A stretch of 64,000 bases of DNA from Planctomycetota bacterium (GTDB lineage Bacteria; Planctomycetota; PLA2; JAEUHO01): positions 2,368,001-2,432,000 of the forward strand of contig CBDCTJ010000007.1 of the NCBI GenBank assembly GCA_965222115.1. Direction: 5' to 3'. The stretch's first letter is position 1. Every line of letters begins with the position of its first letter. Below are positions 48,946 through 57,229 of this stretch, piece by piece. A program made the position numbers and the translations under genes. Below the pieces are notes generated by a model. It saw nothing but the letters and a program-made list of their open reading frames with translations, had not been told where the DNA came from and searched no databases.

Positions 48946-49320
48946 TTAAAACGAAGACGCAATCACAACGGCGAGCATACAAATCAACCCGGCGGTCACG
49001 AGTGCCGATGCAACCTTGTAGAGCCTCGTTCGTTTGTTGACAAGCTCGACGCTCGGATTCCAGTCAACTTGAAGAACGACTATAGAGGGAATACAGGAAG
49101 CGAAAAACAGGAGTGTGGAACATAGGCGGAGCGCGGAAGCGGCATCTTGAACGCCTCCGGCAGCGAATGGAATCGAGTTAAGCACCATTACCAGGGATGC
49201 CAGCTGGAGGAGCGCAGAGCACTTAGCGTCTAGAATGTTGAGTTGCTTATAGAGGCGCTTCTCGGCAGCGGCGGTATTGAAGACCGGTTGGCTATCTGGC
49301 GTTTGATCGTTCAACGTCAC
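48946..49320 (-). CDS. Three-TM membrane protein
   Basis: GGGAG before GTG; LNILDAKCSALL...K..LYK.A pattern. Confidence 0.6.
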   Translation of the reverse strand: MTLNDQTPDSQPVFNTAAAEKRLYKQLNILDAKCSALLQLASLVMVLNSIPFAAGGVQDAASALRLCSTLLFFASCIPSIVVLQVDWNPSVELVNKRTRLYKVASALVTAGLICMLAVVIASSF

Positions 49321-49452
49321 ACTCCCAGTTGCCTGAGGCTCAAATCGTTCGTGGCCTGTCTCGTCGGACTACCGTCCTGCCCCGTCACCCTCGCGGGTAA
49401 TTCCACTCCTAACACGTGACAATGCCACTGAAAGCAAGCGTCATGAGGATAC

Positions 49453-49788
49453 TCATGCTCTCGCGGGTGACCGTGCGGACTTGTGTCCGAGCCAGGCTGA
49501 AAGGACAAGCCCGCAGGCACCAGCGATTGCCCAGTAGATCGAAGATGTCTTGAGTTCAGCCGCATCATTAAACATCGTTTGGACTCGAGGAGGTGACTTG
49601 TATATGGTAGTAGGTGGATATCTGGTCCCCCGGGAATACCGGCCACTCCTAGCATGCTCAAGCGACCGTATGGCATCAAGAGTGATAGCCTTGACCCTGA
49701 AATCCTCTGATTTTTGATATTTAGCGTTTGCCTTCCACATCATGAACATCGAGCCTAGAAAGAGCAGGCCCACAAGCATCATGCGCAT
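49453..49788 (-). CDS. Two-TM hypothetical protein
   Basis: AAAGGAG RBS; hydrophobic helices at both termini. Confidence 0.55.
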   Translation of the reverse strand: MRMMLVGLLFLGSMFMMWKANAKYQKSEDFRVKAITLDAIRSLEHARSGRYSRGTRYPPTTIYKSPPRVQTMFNDAAELKTSSIYWAIAGACGLVLSAWLGHKSARSPARA

Positions 49789-50892
49789 CGAGTCTCCTTT
49801 GCTTGTTCCTTGTTCTGTTTTCGTAGGTGGCGAAGTTCTATCGCCTTCGCGGGCCACTCATTATTGAAACGCTCGACGCGTGTGAATCTCAATACTCAAA
49901 CAAAGGCAGGAGCGTCGCCAACCTGCACATCGCCCCTTGAAGCCATCAGCCTGGTGCGGATGATTCCCGTAAGCATTGGCGGCGAGTATAGGTCGCAGGC
50001 TAGTGAACGGCGCCGCAGTTTTTGAAGTTGTAGCCCCACGAATTTTTACCCTTTGGGAACTGGGTGTTGAAAACCAGCCTCTCCGAATGAGCAATTGACT
50101 TTGCTCCTGAAGTGTTTGTGAAATTGCCTTTCTCATGAACACGACCGTCGCGTTCTTGGCCAGTATAGCGTCAGAAGCATGCGCTTCCACAAACATGCAG
50201 AAACAGATGGCCACGCTCCGACGCGAGTGCGAGTGACGGACGCACTTCGACGTCTCGCGACAGTGGAAGCCAAGGCAGATCGAAACGCCGACGAGGACTT
50301 CAAGCGCCACGAAGCCGAGCAGATGCTGGAGCGGATTGACGCGAGACTTAGGGCTCTAGAGGCAAATTCAAAAATAGCGTCGATACGCACGTTGTGGAGC
50401 GTAGAGTGGATGCTGACGCTGGTGGCTGCTTCTGGGGCGTAAGAGTTCCCCATCCACCACGATTGCTTGCATTCGACCAGGGGAGATCCCCACCGGTGTC
50501 ACTGTTGGGGTAGAGTGTGTGTTGACGCCCTCGGCTGCCCAATGGCGTAAGACCTAATCCCCTAACCCGAATCTCTCGAGATTCGTTTTCATGAAGGTCC
50601 CCGGGGGTGTCGCTAATCGCACGACATGCGATCGTCAATGTTGTGCTGTCGCAACCGGCAAAGCGGCTGTATAAGGCGAAGTGGGCGAAGACTAATATGG
50701 ACGCGGCTCCGCTACCTGCTCTCATGCGCGCGATGTCCGGCGGTTGCTTGTCCACACCAAGCAACTGGATCTTCCATTCCGCACACCGAGTTTCGATCTA
50801 CGCTCATTCAAAGAAGGTCCCCATCGGCATCATCTTCCCGCGCTACGCGCCCAACACAACTCCGACGAGGTGACTCCGTTACATGCCTTGGT

Positions 50893-52485
50893 TCACCTTT
50901 TTGCAGGCGATTCGCTCTCAGCTTCGCAGGGACCACCTTGCCGCTGCTCCCTGTAGTAATCAAGCCATGTTCTATCTATGTCAAGGGCCTCACCGCTGCG
51001 CAGGGGGACGTCAAACGGCGGGAGCCCGCCGGGCCTGATTGAGACGAAGTCCAGCATGCGCGGGCCTGCATATGGCAGCCAGCCTTGCGCGAGCGCACGT
51101 TTTAGAAATGCCCTGCCCTCTGATGACTCATAGGGAAGAGGTCTGTAGCCTCTGGTCAGTTTGTCGTAGCGATCGTCAAAGTACCCGACGATCGAAACCA
51201 ATGGGCGCGAGGAAAGTTTGTGGTTTCTCCAACAATTGATTGTGTGAATTCGAGACCCTACCTCTTTGTCATGTAGGTCATCTTGACTGTCCTGTTTGCG
51301 GACATTTTCGATACTCGCAGTTAATATGGATTTACCTCTCAATTTGAATCGCCTTGCAACTGGTAGATTGACCATGTGGGGCCATTCCCTGCATTCGCCA
51401 CTTGCGGCTTGCCTGTTTCTGAATTTCTCGCAACTGGTTGAGCTGAGATCATCACCCCAGCAATCAGCTTCCCAAACTCCCTCAAGGCTAATCCAATCCA
51501 CAGAACGCAAGAGAGCATTTCTGGTGTTCTCATCCGCGCTTTTGAACTCGCGACCGTTACTTCCGCAGAGTGGATATGAGTTGACAAGGCTCCAGGGGTT
51601 CTGAACACAAACCACGAAGTCCTTGGATTCGTTTCGCGCGCGGGCCGTCTTCGCCAGCTCAACCACGAGGCGAGCCATATTGCTCACTCCCTGATCGCGG
51701 CATCTTTCATACAATTTGCTCGCTGCTTTCTTCGCTTTCTCTTGATCATTCGCGTCCTCATAAAGATCTTTCAAGTATTCAAGGACGAGCGCCTGCTTTA
51801 CTCGATTGCCATTGGTGTCTGGTGTGGCTCCCTTCTTCTCAGGCTCATACATCCACCAGCTATAGTCAGCAATGCCGTTGATGTTGTCAAGAAACACGCC
51901 GTCAAATCCAGCCTTTATAATTTCATGAAGATAGGATGGTCCGGTTCGTGGTTCACCTTTTGATTTGCGATCTCCGAGTAAAATGCGCAGCCATTCCGAA
52001 TGATTCGGATCCATGTAAAATTCTTTGTGCGTACTATCTGACCAGCTGCTTGGCATCAGTACGCCAGTTGCGAGAGACTTGGGAAACTTACTTGTGCCAA
52101 AGAACTTCTTTTTCAGGTGCTCCTTGTTCTTGGAAGCCGTCCAATAATCCCGCCAGGTTTCGCAGCACCCTACATTTAGATATGCAATGACGAGTCCATC
52201 ATTGTTGCGAAGGAATTTTCGATACAACTCGACGGACGAGTTTTCTTTGCCATTGATCGCGTCGTCAGGATCAATAACGACGACGTCGTAGTGGCCCTTG
52301 ACGCGTTCGAGCTTCGATGGGCGGGGAGTGTCTAGTATTGAGGCCCATGCCATCGCGTTACGAACCTGTGCTCGCTTGCCTGCTACTTTAGCTTGCTGGT
52401 CGTCAGCAGCGGCTTTCGGGCTAGCGGCCACCAAAAGCGCGATCGCCAAAATTGACACTCGCCGAATTCCTACGCCCATAATCAT
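50893..52485 (-). CDS. Secreted endo-alpha-1,4-polygalactosaminidase-like glycoside hydrolase (GH114/GH166, TM1410-type)
   Basis: Signal peptide; YDVVVIDP, IAYLNVG..E.WRDYW, YMDP...W, AGFDGVFLDN, QN, ISLEG. Confidence 0.78.
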   Translation of the reverse strand: MIMGVGIRRVSILAIALLVAASPKAAADDQQAKVAGKRAQVRNAMAWASILDTPRPSKLERVKGHYDVVVIDPDDAINGKENSSVELYRKFLRNNDGLVIAYLNVGCCETWRDYWTASKNKEHLKKKFFGTSKFPKSLATGVLMPSSWSDSTHKEFYMDPNHSEWLRILLGDRKSKGEPRTGPSYLHEIIKAGFDGVFLDNINGIADYSWWMYEPEKKGATPDTNGNRVKQALVLEYLKDLYEDANDQEKAKKAASKLYERCRDQGVSNMARLVVELAKTARARNESKDFVVCVQNPWSLVNSYPLCGSNGREFKSADENTRNALLRSVDWISLEGVWEADCWGDDLSSTSCEKFRNRQAASGECREWPHMVNLPVARRFKLRGKSILTASIENVRKQDSQDDLHDKEVGSRIHTINCWRNHKLSSRPLVSIVGYFDDRYDKLTRGYRPLPYESSEGRAFLKRALAQGWLPYAGPRMLDFVSIRPGGLPPFDVPLRSGEALDIDRTWLDYYREQRQGGPCEAESESPAKR

Positions 52486-52725
52486 CCTCCACGCTGTTCT
52501 GGTTCAAACTTGAACCCGCCAAGTTAGGGCTCTCGCGTGCGTGGTCAAGTTGGCTACGCAATCGCTCACCCAGTCGCGCGGGCTGGCCATCGGGGCATCT
52601 CATCGAGGCAACACCTCCAGAAACGGCGATTGGCGCGACTTTGCGTGTGTTGACAGTTAGCGCCAAACGGCTAGTATTAGCCACAAATCCTCATTTTAAG
52701 GGTGCGGCAGAATAGCCATTTTCGA

Positions 52726-52769
52726 ATTCTTAATCCGTGGGTCCGAGGTTCGAGTCCCTGAGCGGGTAC
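52726..52769 (+). repeat. attR core
   Basis: ATTCTTAATCCGTGGGTCCGAGGTTCGAGTCCCTGAGCGGGTAC; 43/44 identical to attL. Confidence 0.92.
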
Positions 52770-52888
52770 GTGTTTATTTAATCAAGGGGCAAAGCCCCTT
52801 ACGCTTCAGACTTGGACTGCGTCGCGTCGCGACTTCTCCAAGATCTGAAGCTATCCCCGTGTGGGCAGTTCGACGCGGATTGTGATTT

Positions 52889-52942
52889 GGCCCTTCGATG
52901 CGCACTGCGTGGATCTTCGATCCACTAGTGCTTACTCAGGAT
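52889..52942 (-). repeat. Inverted partial copy of the structured repeat
   Basis: GGCCCTTCGATGCGCACTGC-hairpin-GTGCTTACTCAGGAT, a reverse-complement match to 53149-53202. Confidence 0.8.
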
Positions 52943-53080
52943 CTACGATTTCATCGGGTCTTCGACCCTCGAAATCTCCGACACGCGCCTAGAGCAATCT
53001 ATACCTTCTTTAGTCGTGGTCACGCGTAGGTGGAGACTCGTGCATGTCACACTTGGTGAAGCGCGTTGGACTCAAGCACC

Positions 53081-53230
53081 GCAACCTGTCATGTTTCAAT
53101 TCTCAGGAGGCGGATTGAATGTCCAAGGGCAAAGCACTTGGACGTGAAATCCTGAGTAAGCACAAGCGGATCTCTGATCCGTGCAGTGCGCATCGAAGGG
53201 CCGATCTGGAGGTCTCGTGTGTCCTCAAGT
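53081..53230 (+). repeat. 150-bp structured repeat, copy A
   Basis: Ungapped match to 56056-56205; three stacked hairpins. Confidence 0.88.
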
Positions 53231-53372
53231 TGTGAAGTTCGAGACACGGTTAGAGGCGTAAATTGAGTTATTGAACGCGGACTTGAACGATTCCATTGAA
53301 TGGAGTACATCGCGGCACGGTATACCAGAGTGTGGAAGCCTTCATCTGGCGGTCTACATACGGAGAAGTTCT

Positions 53373-53870
53373 TTGAGTCGGGCAGTCGGTTTCGCATCGC
53401 TTGGAATCGTCCTACTAGCCATCGTAGTTGGGGCTAATGCGCTTCGCCAAACGAGGCAATCGGACTCACTGTCAGTCGCATTTGGAGAGCCTGTCAAACT
53501 CTACTTCCGTTCGGAATTCATGATCCCCGTCGAATCTGGTGGAGAACCCCCGGTTGATTTCGAATGGCGACTTCACGTAACGTTTCTCGCGGATGGGACG
53601 TTCGCCTATCACTGGGTTCCGGGCTCCGACGCATCCGTTCGTGAAGGGGAATTGTATGGAACGTGGCAACTACGTCGTCTCGGCGAAGGCGGCGTGACCA
53701 CTTGGTATCTCATGAGTCGCCCGAATGGCCGGGAATTGAACGCTCAGACGCATGAATGGCCAGTAGTCACTCAAGGCGTCGATGGACGAACGTGGTTCGT
53801 TCCGGTGCTCGACGTTGAACGGGGCGAACTCGAAACGAAGCGAACCTGGGCTATTCGAAGAAAACGGTAG
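53373..53870 (+). CDS. Hypothetical membrane-anchored beta-rich protein
   Basis: N-terminal TM, LHVTFLADGTF, GTWQL; TTG start after GGAG (ORF open from 53271). Confidence 0.5.
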   Translation: MSRAVGFASLGIVLLAIVVGANALRQTRQSDSLSVAFGEPVKLYFRSEFMIPVESGGEPPVDFEWRLHVTFLADGTFAYHWVPGSDASVREGELYGTWQLRRLGEGGVTTWYLMSRPNGRELNAQTHEWPVVTQGVDGRTWFVPVLDVERGELETKRTWAIRRKR

Positions 53871-54002
53871 GGGGTATTGTGCAGCGGTGCCATCCACGGA
53901 AGTTGAGCAAGGTGGCGGGCGAAACGCTGGTCATTTGGGCGCTCGTTGACTTCGGTACAGCTAGGAGGTAATGTGGCGCGCTACATCCGTGGGGTCCCAC
54001 TT

Positions 54003-55964
54003 TCACTCATCGTTCAATTCAATATCTACGACGTGGCGTTCCCCAGCTCGAAGCGTCACTGATTGAGTAGACTTCGGGTGAACAAAGCCTGTTGAGAAGC
54101 CTACCGAGTAAGTCCCTTCGGCGATGTCAGCAATCTCAACGCTTCCGCCCTTGAGATCCTTGCTCCACGACCAGGGTTCGGTGTTCGTGCTTAGTGAATG
54201 GCGCTCTTTGGACCAGATCACCGTGCCGCGTGCAGTCTTTACTAAGGTCCCCTGCTTCATGATTCGGACGAGGAGCGTGGCGCCTTTTCTTAACCTGAAC
54301 GTACGGCGGTATGGCGTTGCGGAAGCATCGAGGGAGTCGGAGATCTCCTTTTCAACGTATCCGGGCGCACTTGCTGAAATTTCCACCGGACCGGCTCTGA
54401 ACGTGCCCCGAAAGATGCCGGTTGGGCGCTCGCGGTTGGCTTCGTTACCTTCCGATCCCCAGGAGGTTACTTCTTCTGGGCGTTCGACGGAATACGACAC
54501 CCATACTTCTGCTTTAGGAATGGGCTTGCGCGTGTCCGAATCCACGACATGGACTTCCATGGAAACTGGTGGTGGGACTTCCAGTCGCAGTCCTGCGATG
54601 TCGTCGGGCACTCGGACGTACCAGGACTGGCCAAATGGATACACCGTAATCATGTAGAGTCCACGCGGTACATCCTGCCACTCGATGGGCCAATGGGATC
54701 CCTGTTCCCGCGTGTCGAGCAAACACTCACGATCAATCCAATCATTATCGTCAAGCGCACCCTCCATCCGGATACGGCTTGGTCTGCGTCCCCAAGCTGA
54801 TGGAACGATCAGCTCACCGCGGACGTCGTGCATTGAATCGGAGTCTTGAGGAGGAATGTTGATGGATGCGTCTACCGCTTGTCCGGCATGCACCTCGACG
54901 TCCTGCTGGGCCCACACCTCAGAAATGAACAAGTCCGAGTCTCTGCCCACAAGCACTTGCCATGTACCGGGTCGCAGGCCGGACACTCGGAAGTGATCGT
55001 TATCCACTTTGACCAATTCGCCAGAGCGCAACATTTTGGCCCTTTTGTCATTCAGCATCTCGGATTCGACACCATCCATCACCCGCGCGATGCGGATCGC
55101 GTAGGGCGGGAGTGCCTTTGGGCAGATTACTTCTACGTTCAATCCGCCGCCCACCTTCAGCGAAACGTCTATGACTTCGACATCGGGCGAAGCTTCGACA
55201 CGCGCCCAGGCGCAATCGGGTGCACGAACCCACCAAGACGTTGGACGATTCGTACGTGGCAATTTGATCGATCCGCTTTCGTCGGCGGCGCGGCGTTTGC
55301 CTTCAAGGGAAGCGGCTGATGGTGTGGGAAACTCTCTGCAGTACTCATCGGATCCAGACATGCAGTAGGCGTATGCGTCGGCACGAGCGTTGCCGCGTTC
55401 GTCCGTGACCGAAAGGACGGTCTTGTCCACGACGCGGACAACAATTTCGAAAAGACCTGGTCCGATTCGCTTGGCCTCTTTGGAGTGATTGTCCGACACC
55501 CGTCCATCTAAAGTCATCGCATGGACTTCGTATCGCTTCGCCGTTACGGGTAGGGCAACCTTGGCGTACCGACGAATTCTTAGCCAGAACTTGTTGTTGA
55601 CGTCATCATCCGCTACCAGCGAGACGAGAATGTTCCATGGCTTAACGCCGGACCCCACGAAGCGAACTTTTACGCGTGGGCTTGTGTCGGTTGGTGGGTT
55701 GGCGGGCAGTTTGGTGACGGCGGTCTCTATGACCCCTGACTCTACGACCTCGGTTTCGACTATCGGATTCGAGCTGCGATCTCCTGTACCAATCAAGAGC
55801 GGGGCTTCATCGTGCTGAGTTTCGTTGGTCTCCGATTGCATGGATACAGCGTTTTCGGGCGCCCGCCCTGATCGGTCACTCATTGCAAGCCATACAATGA
55901 CCCCTGCAGCTATGGCTGTAAGTGTCCATCCCACCAGCCGCGAACGATCAAGTCGCGTATCCAT
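54003..55964 (-). CDS. Carboxypeptidase-regulatory-like domain protein
   Basis: GAGGAG RBS, N-terminal TM, GLRPGTWQV, VVDSDTRKPIPKAEV, SAPGY. Confidence 0.7.
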   Translation of the reverse strand: MDTRLDRSRLVGWTLTAIAAGVIVWLAMSDRSGRAPENAVSMQSETNETQHDEAPLLIGTGDRSSNPIVETEVVESGVIETAVTKLPANPPTDTSPRVKVRFVGSGVKPWNILVSLVADDDVNNKFWLRIRRYAKVALPVTAKRYEVHAMTLDGRVSDNHSKEAKRIGPGLFEIVVRVVDKTVLSVTDERGNARADAYAYCMSGSDEYCREFPTPSAASLEGKRRAADESGSIKLPRTNRPTSWWVRAPDCAWARVEASPDVEVIDVSLKVGGGLNVEVICPKALPPYAIRIARVMDGVESEMLNDKRAKMLRSGELVKVDNDHFRVSGLRPGTWQVLVGRDSDLFISEVWAQQDVEVHAGQAVDASINIPPQDSDSMHDVRGELIVPSAWGRRPSRIRMEGALDDNDWIDRECLLDTREQGSHWPIEWQDVPRGLYMITVYPFGQSWYVRVPDDIAGLRLEVPPPVSMEVHVVDSDTRKPIPKAEVWVSYSVERPEEVTSWGSEGNEANRERPTGIFRGTFRAGPVEISASAPGYVEKEISDSLDASATPYRRTFRLRKGATLLVRIMKQGTLVKTARGTVIWSKERHSLSTNTEPWSWSKDLKGGSVEIADIAEGTYSVGFSTGFVHPKSTQSVTLRAGERHVVDIELNDE

Positions 55965-56055
55965 GCTTCGCTCCTCGAAGTCGCGATGATAGCACGAGCG
56001 ACACGGCTTGTAGTTTGGCGAAATACACCTTGTAACGTCGAACTTGTTTGGTCCT

Positions 56056-56205
56056 GCAACCTGTTGCGCTTCAATTCTCGAGAATCGTGTTGAATGTCCA
56101 AGGGAACAGCCCTTGGACGTGAAATCCTGAGTAAGCTCAAGCGGATCTTTGATCCGCAAAGGGCGCATCGAAGGGCCGATCTAGAATGAGTGTGTGTCCT
56201 CAAGT
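56056..56205 (+). repeat. 150-bp structured repeat, copy B
   Basis: Direct repeat of 53081-53230 at an offset of 2975 bp. Confidence 0.88.
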
Positions 56206-56228
56206 AGAGACTCGCGACGCAAATTCAC

Positions 56229-57068
56229 CTACTTCTCCAGCGTCAACTCAATGCGCGTAACGCCCCGCAACTCTATGTTCTTCTCACCGCCGACCGTGCG
56301 ATAGATAAACTGGCCGCGGCGATTCAGCATGATCGTCGGAACGACGCCTGTGCGTGCATCGAGTAGCGCCTTACTAACAGTGATGTCGTCGCCATCGGCA
56401 GTGATGAGGCGTGCTAAGGCAATCGCGCGAGACTCGACAAGGTCGAGCACATCGGCGAGGTGATAGCCACGTCGCTTTCGGCGCGAATTTGGATTTCCTT
56501 TCTTCGAGCGATCGGTGGCTGGTGTTTGCGAGAGTTCGAACGGCTTGAGTTGATTCATCTGATCGGAGGTCAAGCGCTGCGGCTGTTCACTGAGCGTGAC
56601 GACTTCGAGTGACTTGGCGTCCTTGTTTGGCTTGGCTTGAGGCACGGTTCGGATATGGATCGACGTTGCCGCGTAGAGCGCGAGCGATGGTTTCTTGATG
56701 AGACGGCGTACTTCCTCGGTGAGTTCAGGTCGATCCCGGCGAAAGATCCCCAAGGCGGGACGTCCGCCATCATCAAGAAACAGTATGACATCTTGATCTC
56801 GATAGCGTTTCGCTGGTTCTTCGATGCGCAAGACACGCGAGGGACTCCTGGCCTCTAGTACAAGCCACGTCTTGTAATCTGGTAGCCCTTTGGCGATCGC
56901 CTCATTCAAATGCAGTCGAGGGTGAAGCGCCTCGGCGCTCAGCAACGCACGTTCGTTGCCATCTAGGAGGACTCGCAGCGTTCCATTCGACGTGGGCATC
57001 GGAGCCGAGTTGTCGCCGCATGCGGTGAGCACCAGCCCGGCAAGAATGAATGAGAGTTGTCTAAACAC
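56229..57068 (-). CDS. Hypothetical lipoprotein
   Basis: The GTG start gives FRQLSFILAGLVLTAC (lipobox). Confidence 0.55.
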   Translation of the reverse strand: MFRQLSFILAGLVLTACGDNSAPMPTSNGTLRVLLDGNERALLSAEALHPRLHLNEAIAKGLPDYKTWLVLEARSPSRVLRIEEPAKRYRDQDVILFLDDGGRPALGIFRRDRPELTEEVRRLIKKPSLALYAATSIHIRTVPQAKPNKDAKSLEVVTLSEQPQRLTSDQMNQLKPFELSQTPATDRSKKGNPNSRRKRRGYHLADVLDLVESRAIALARLITADGDDITVSKALLDARTGVVPTIMLNRRGQFIYRTVGGEKNIELRGVTRIELTLEK

Positions 57069-57229
57069 GTTCGTCCTCGCTCCCAGACGCCGCCCAACGG
57101 GCCCGTTCGATCTCAATCGTAGCGCACTGCGTTGAATTGGCGCCAGGAGGGCAAGTGCTTTCAAATCTGAAAAAATGCTGTATAGTTTGGGTCGCACATG
57201 AGCGCGTCGTGGCACGCCTGGAGGATCCA

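Larger units (their letters stand above)
44397..52769. mobile_element. 8.3-kb integrative island at tRNA-Lys
   Basis: 44-bp direct repeat of the tRNA 3' half at both ends, adjacent tyrosine integrase, AT-richer cargo. Confidence 0.92.

Noticed and set aside
47940-49460. Classical integron attC sites
   Set aside because: No RYYYAAC...GTTRRRY bounded palindromes were seen and the integrase is not recognisably IntI
49861-50880. Several overlapping ORFs in the island (49861-50310, 50179-50442, 50607-50873)
   Set aside because: Mutually overlapping, with no clear RBS or motif; possibly decayed remnants, but not callable
52726-52769. Second tRNA-Lys gene
   Set aside because: Only the 3' half is present (no D-arm or acceptor 5' strand); it is the attR duplication
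44397-52769. Prophage or ICE
   Set aside because: No capsid, terminase, replication, relaxase or conjugation genes are recognisable within the att sites
53089-53397. ORF similar to the N-terminal extension of the 54003-56168 ORF
   Set aside because: The similarity comes from the 150-bp DNA repeat, not from a protein family
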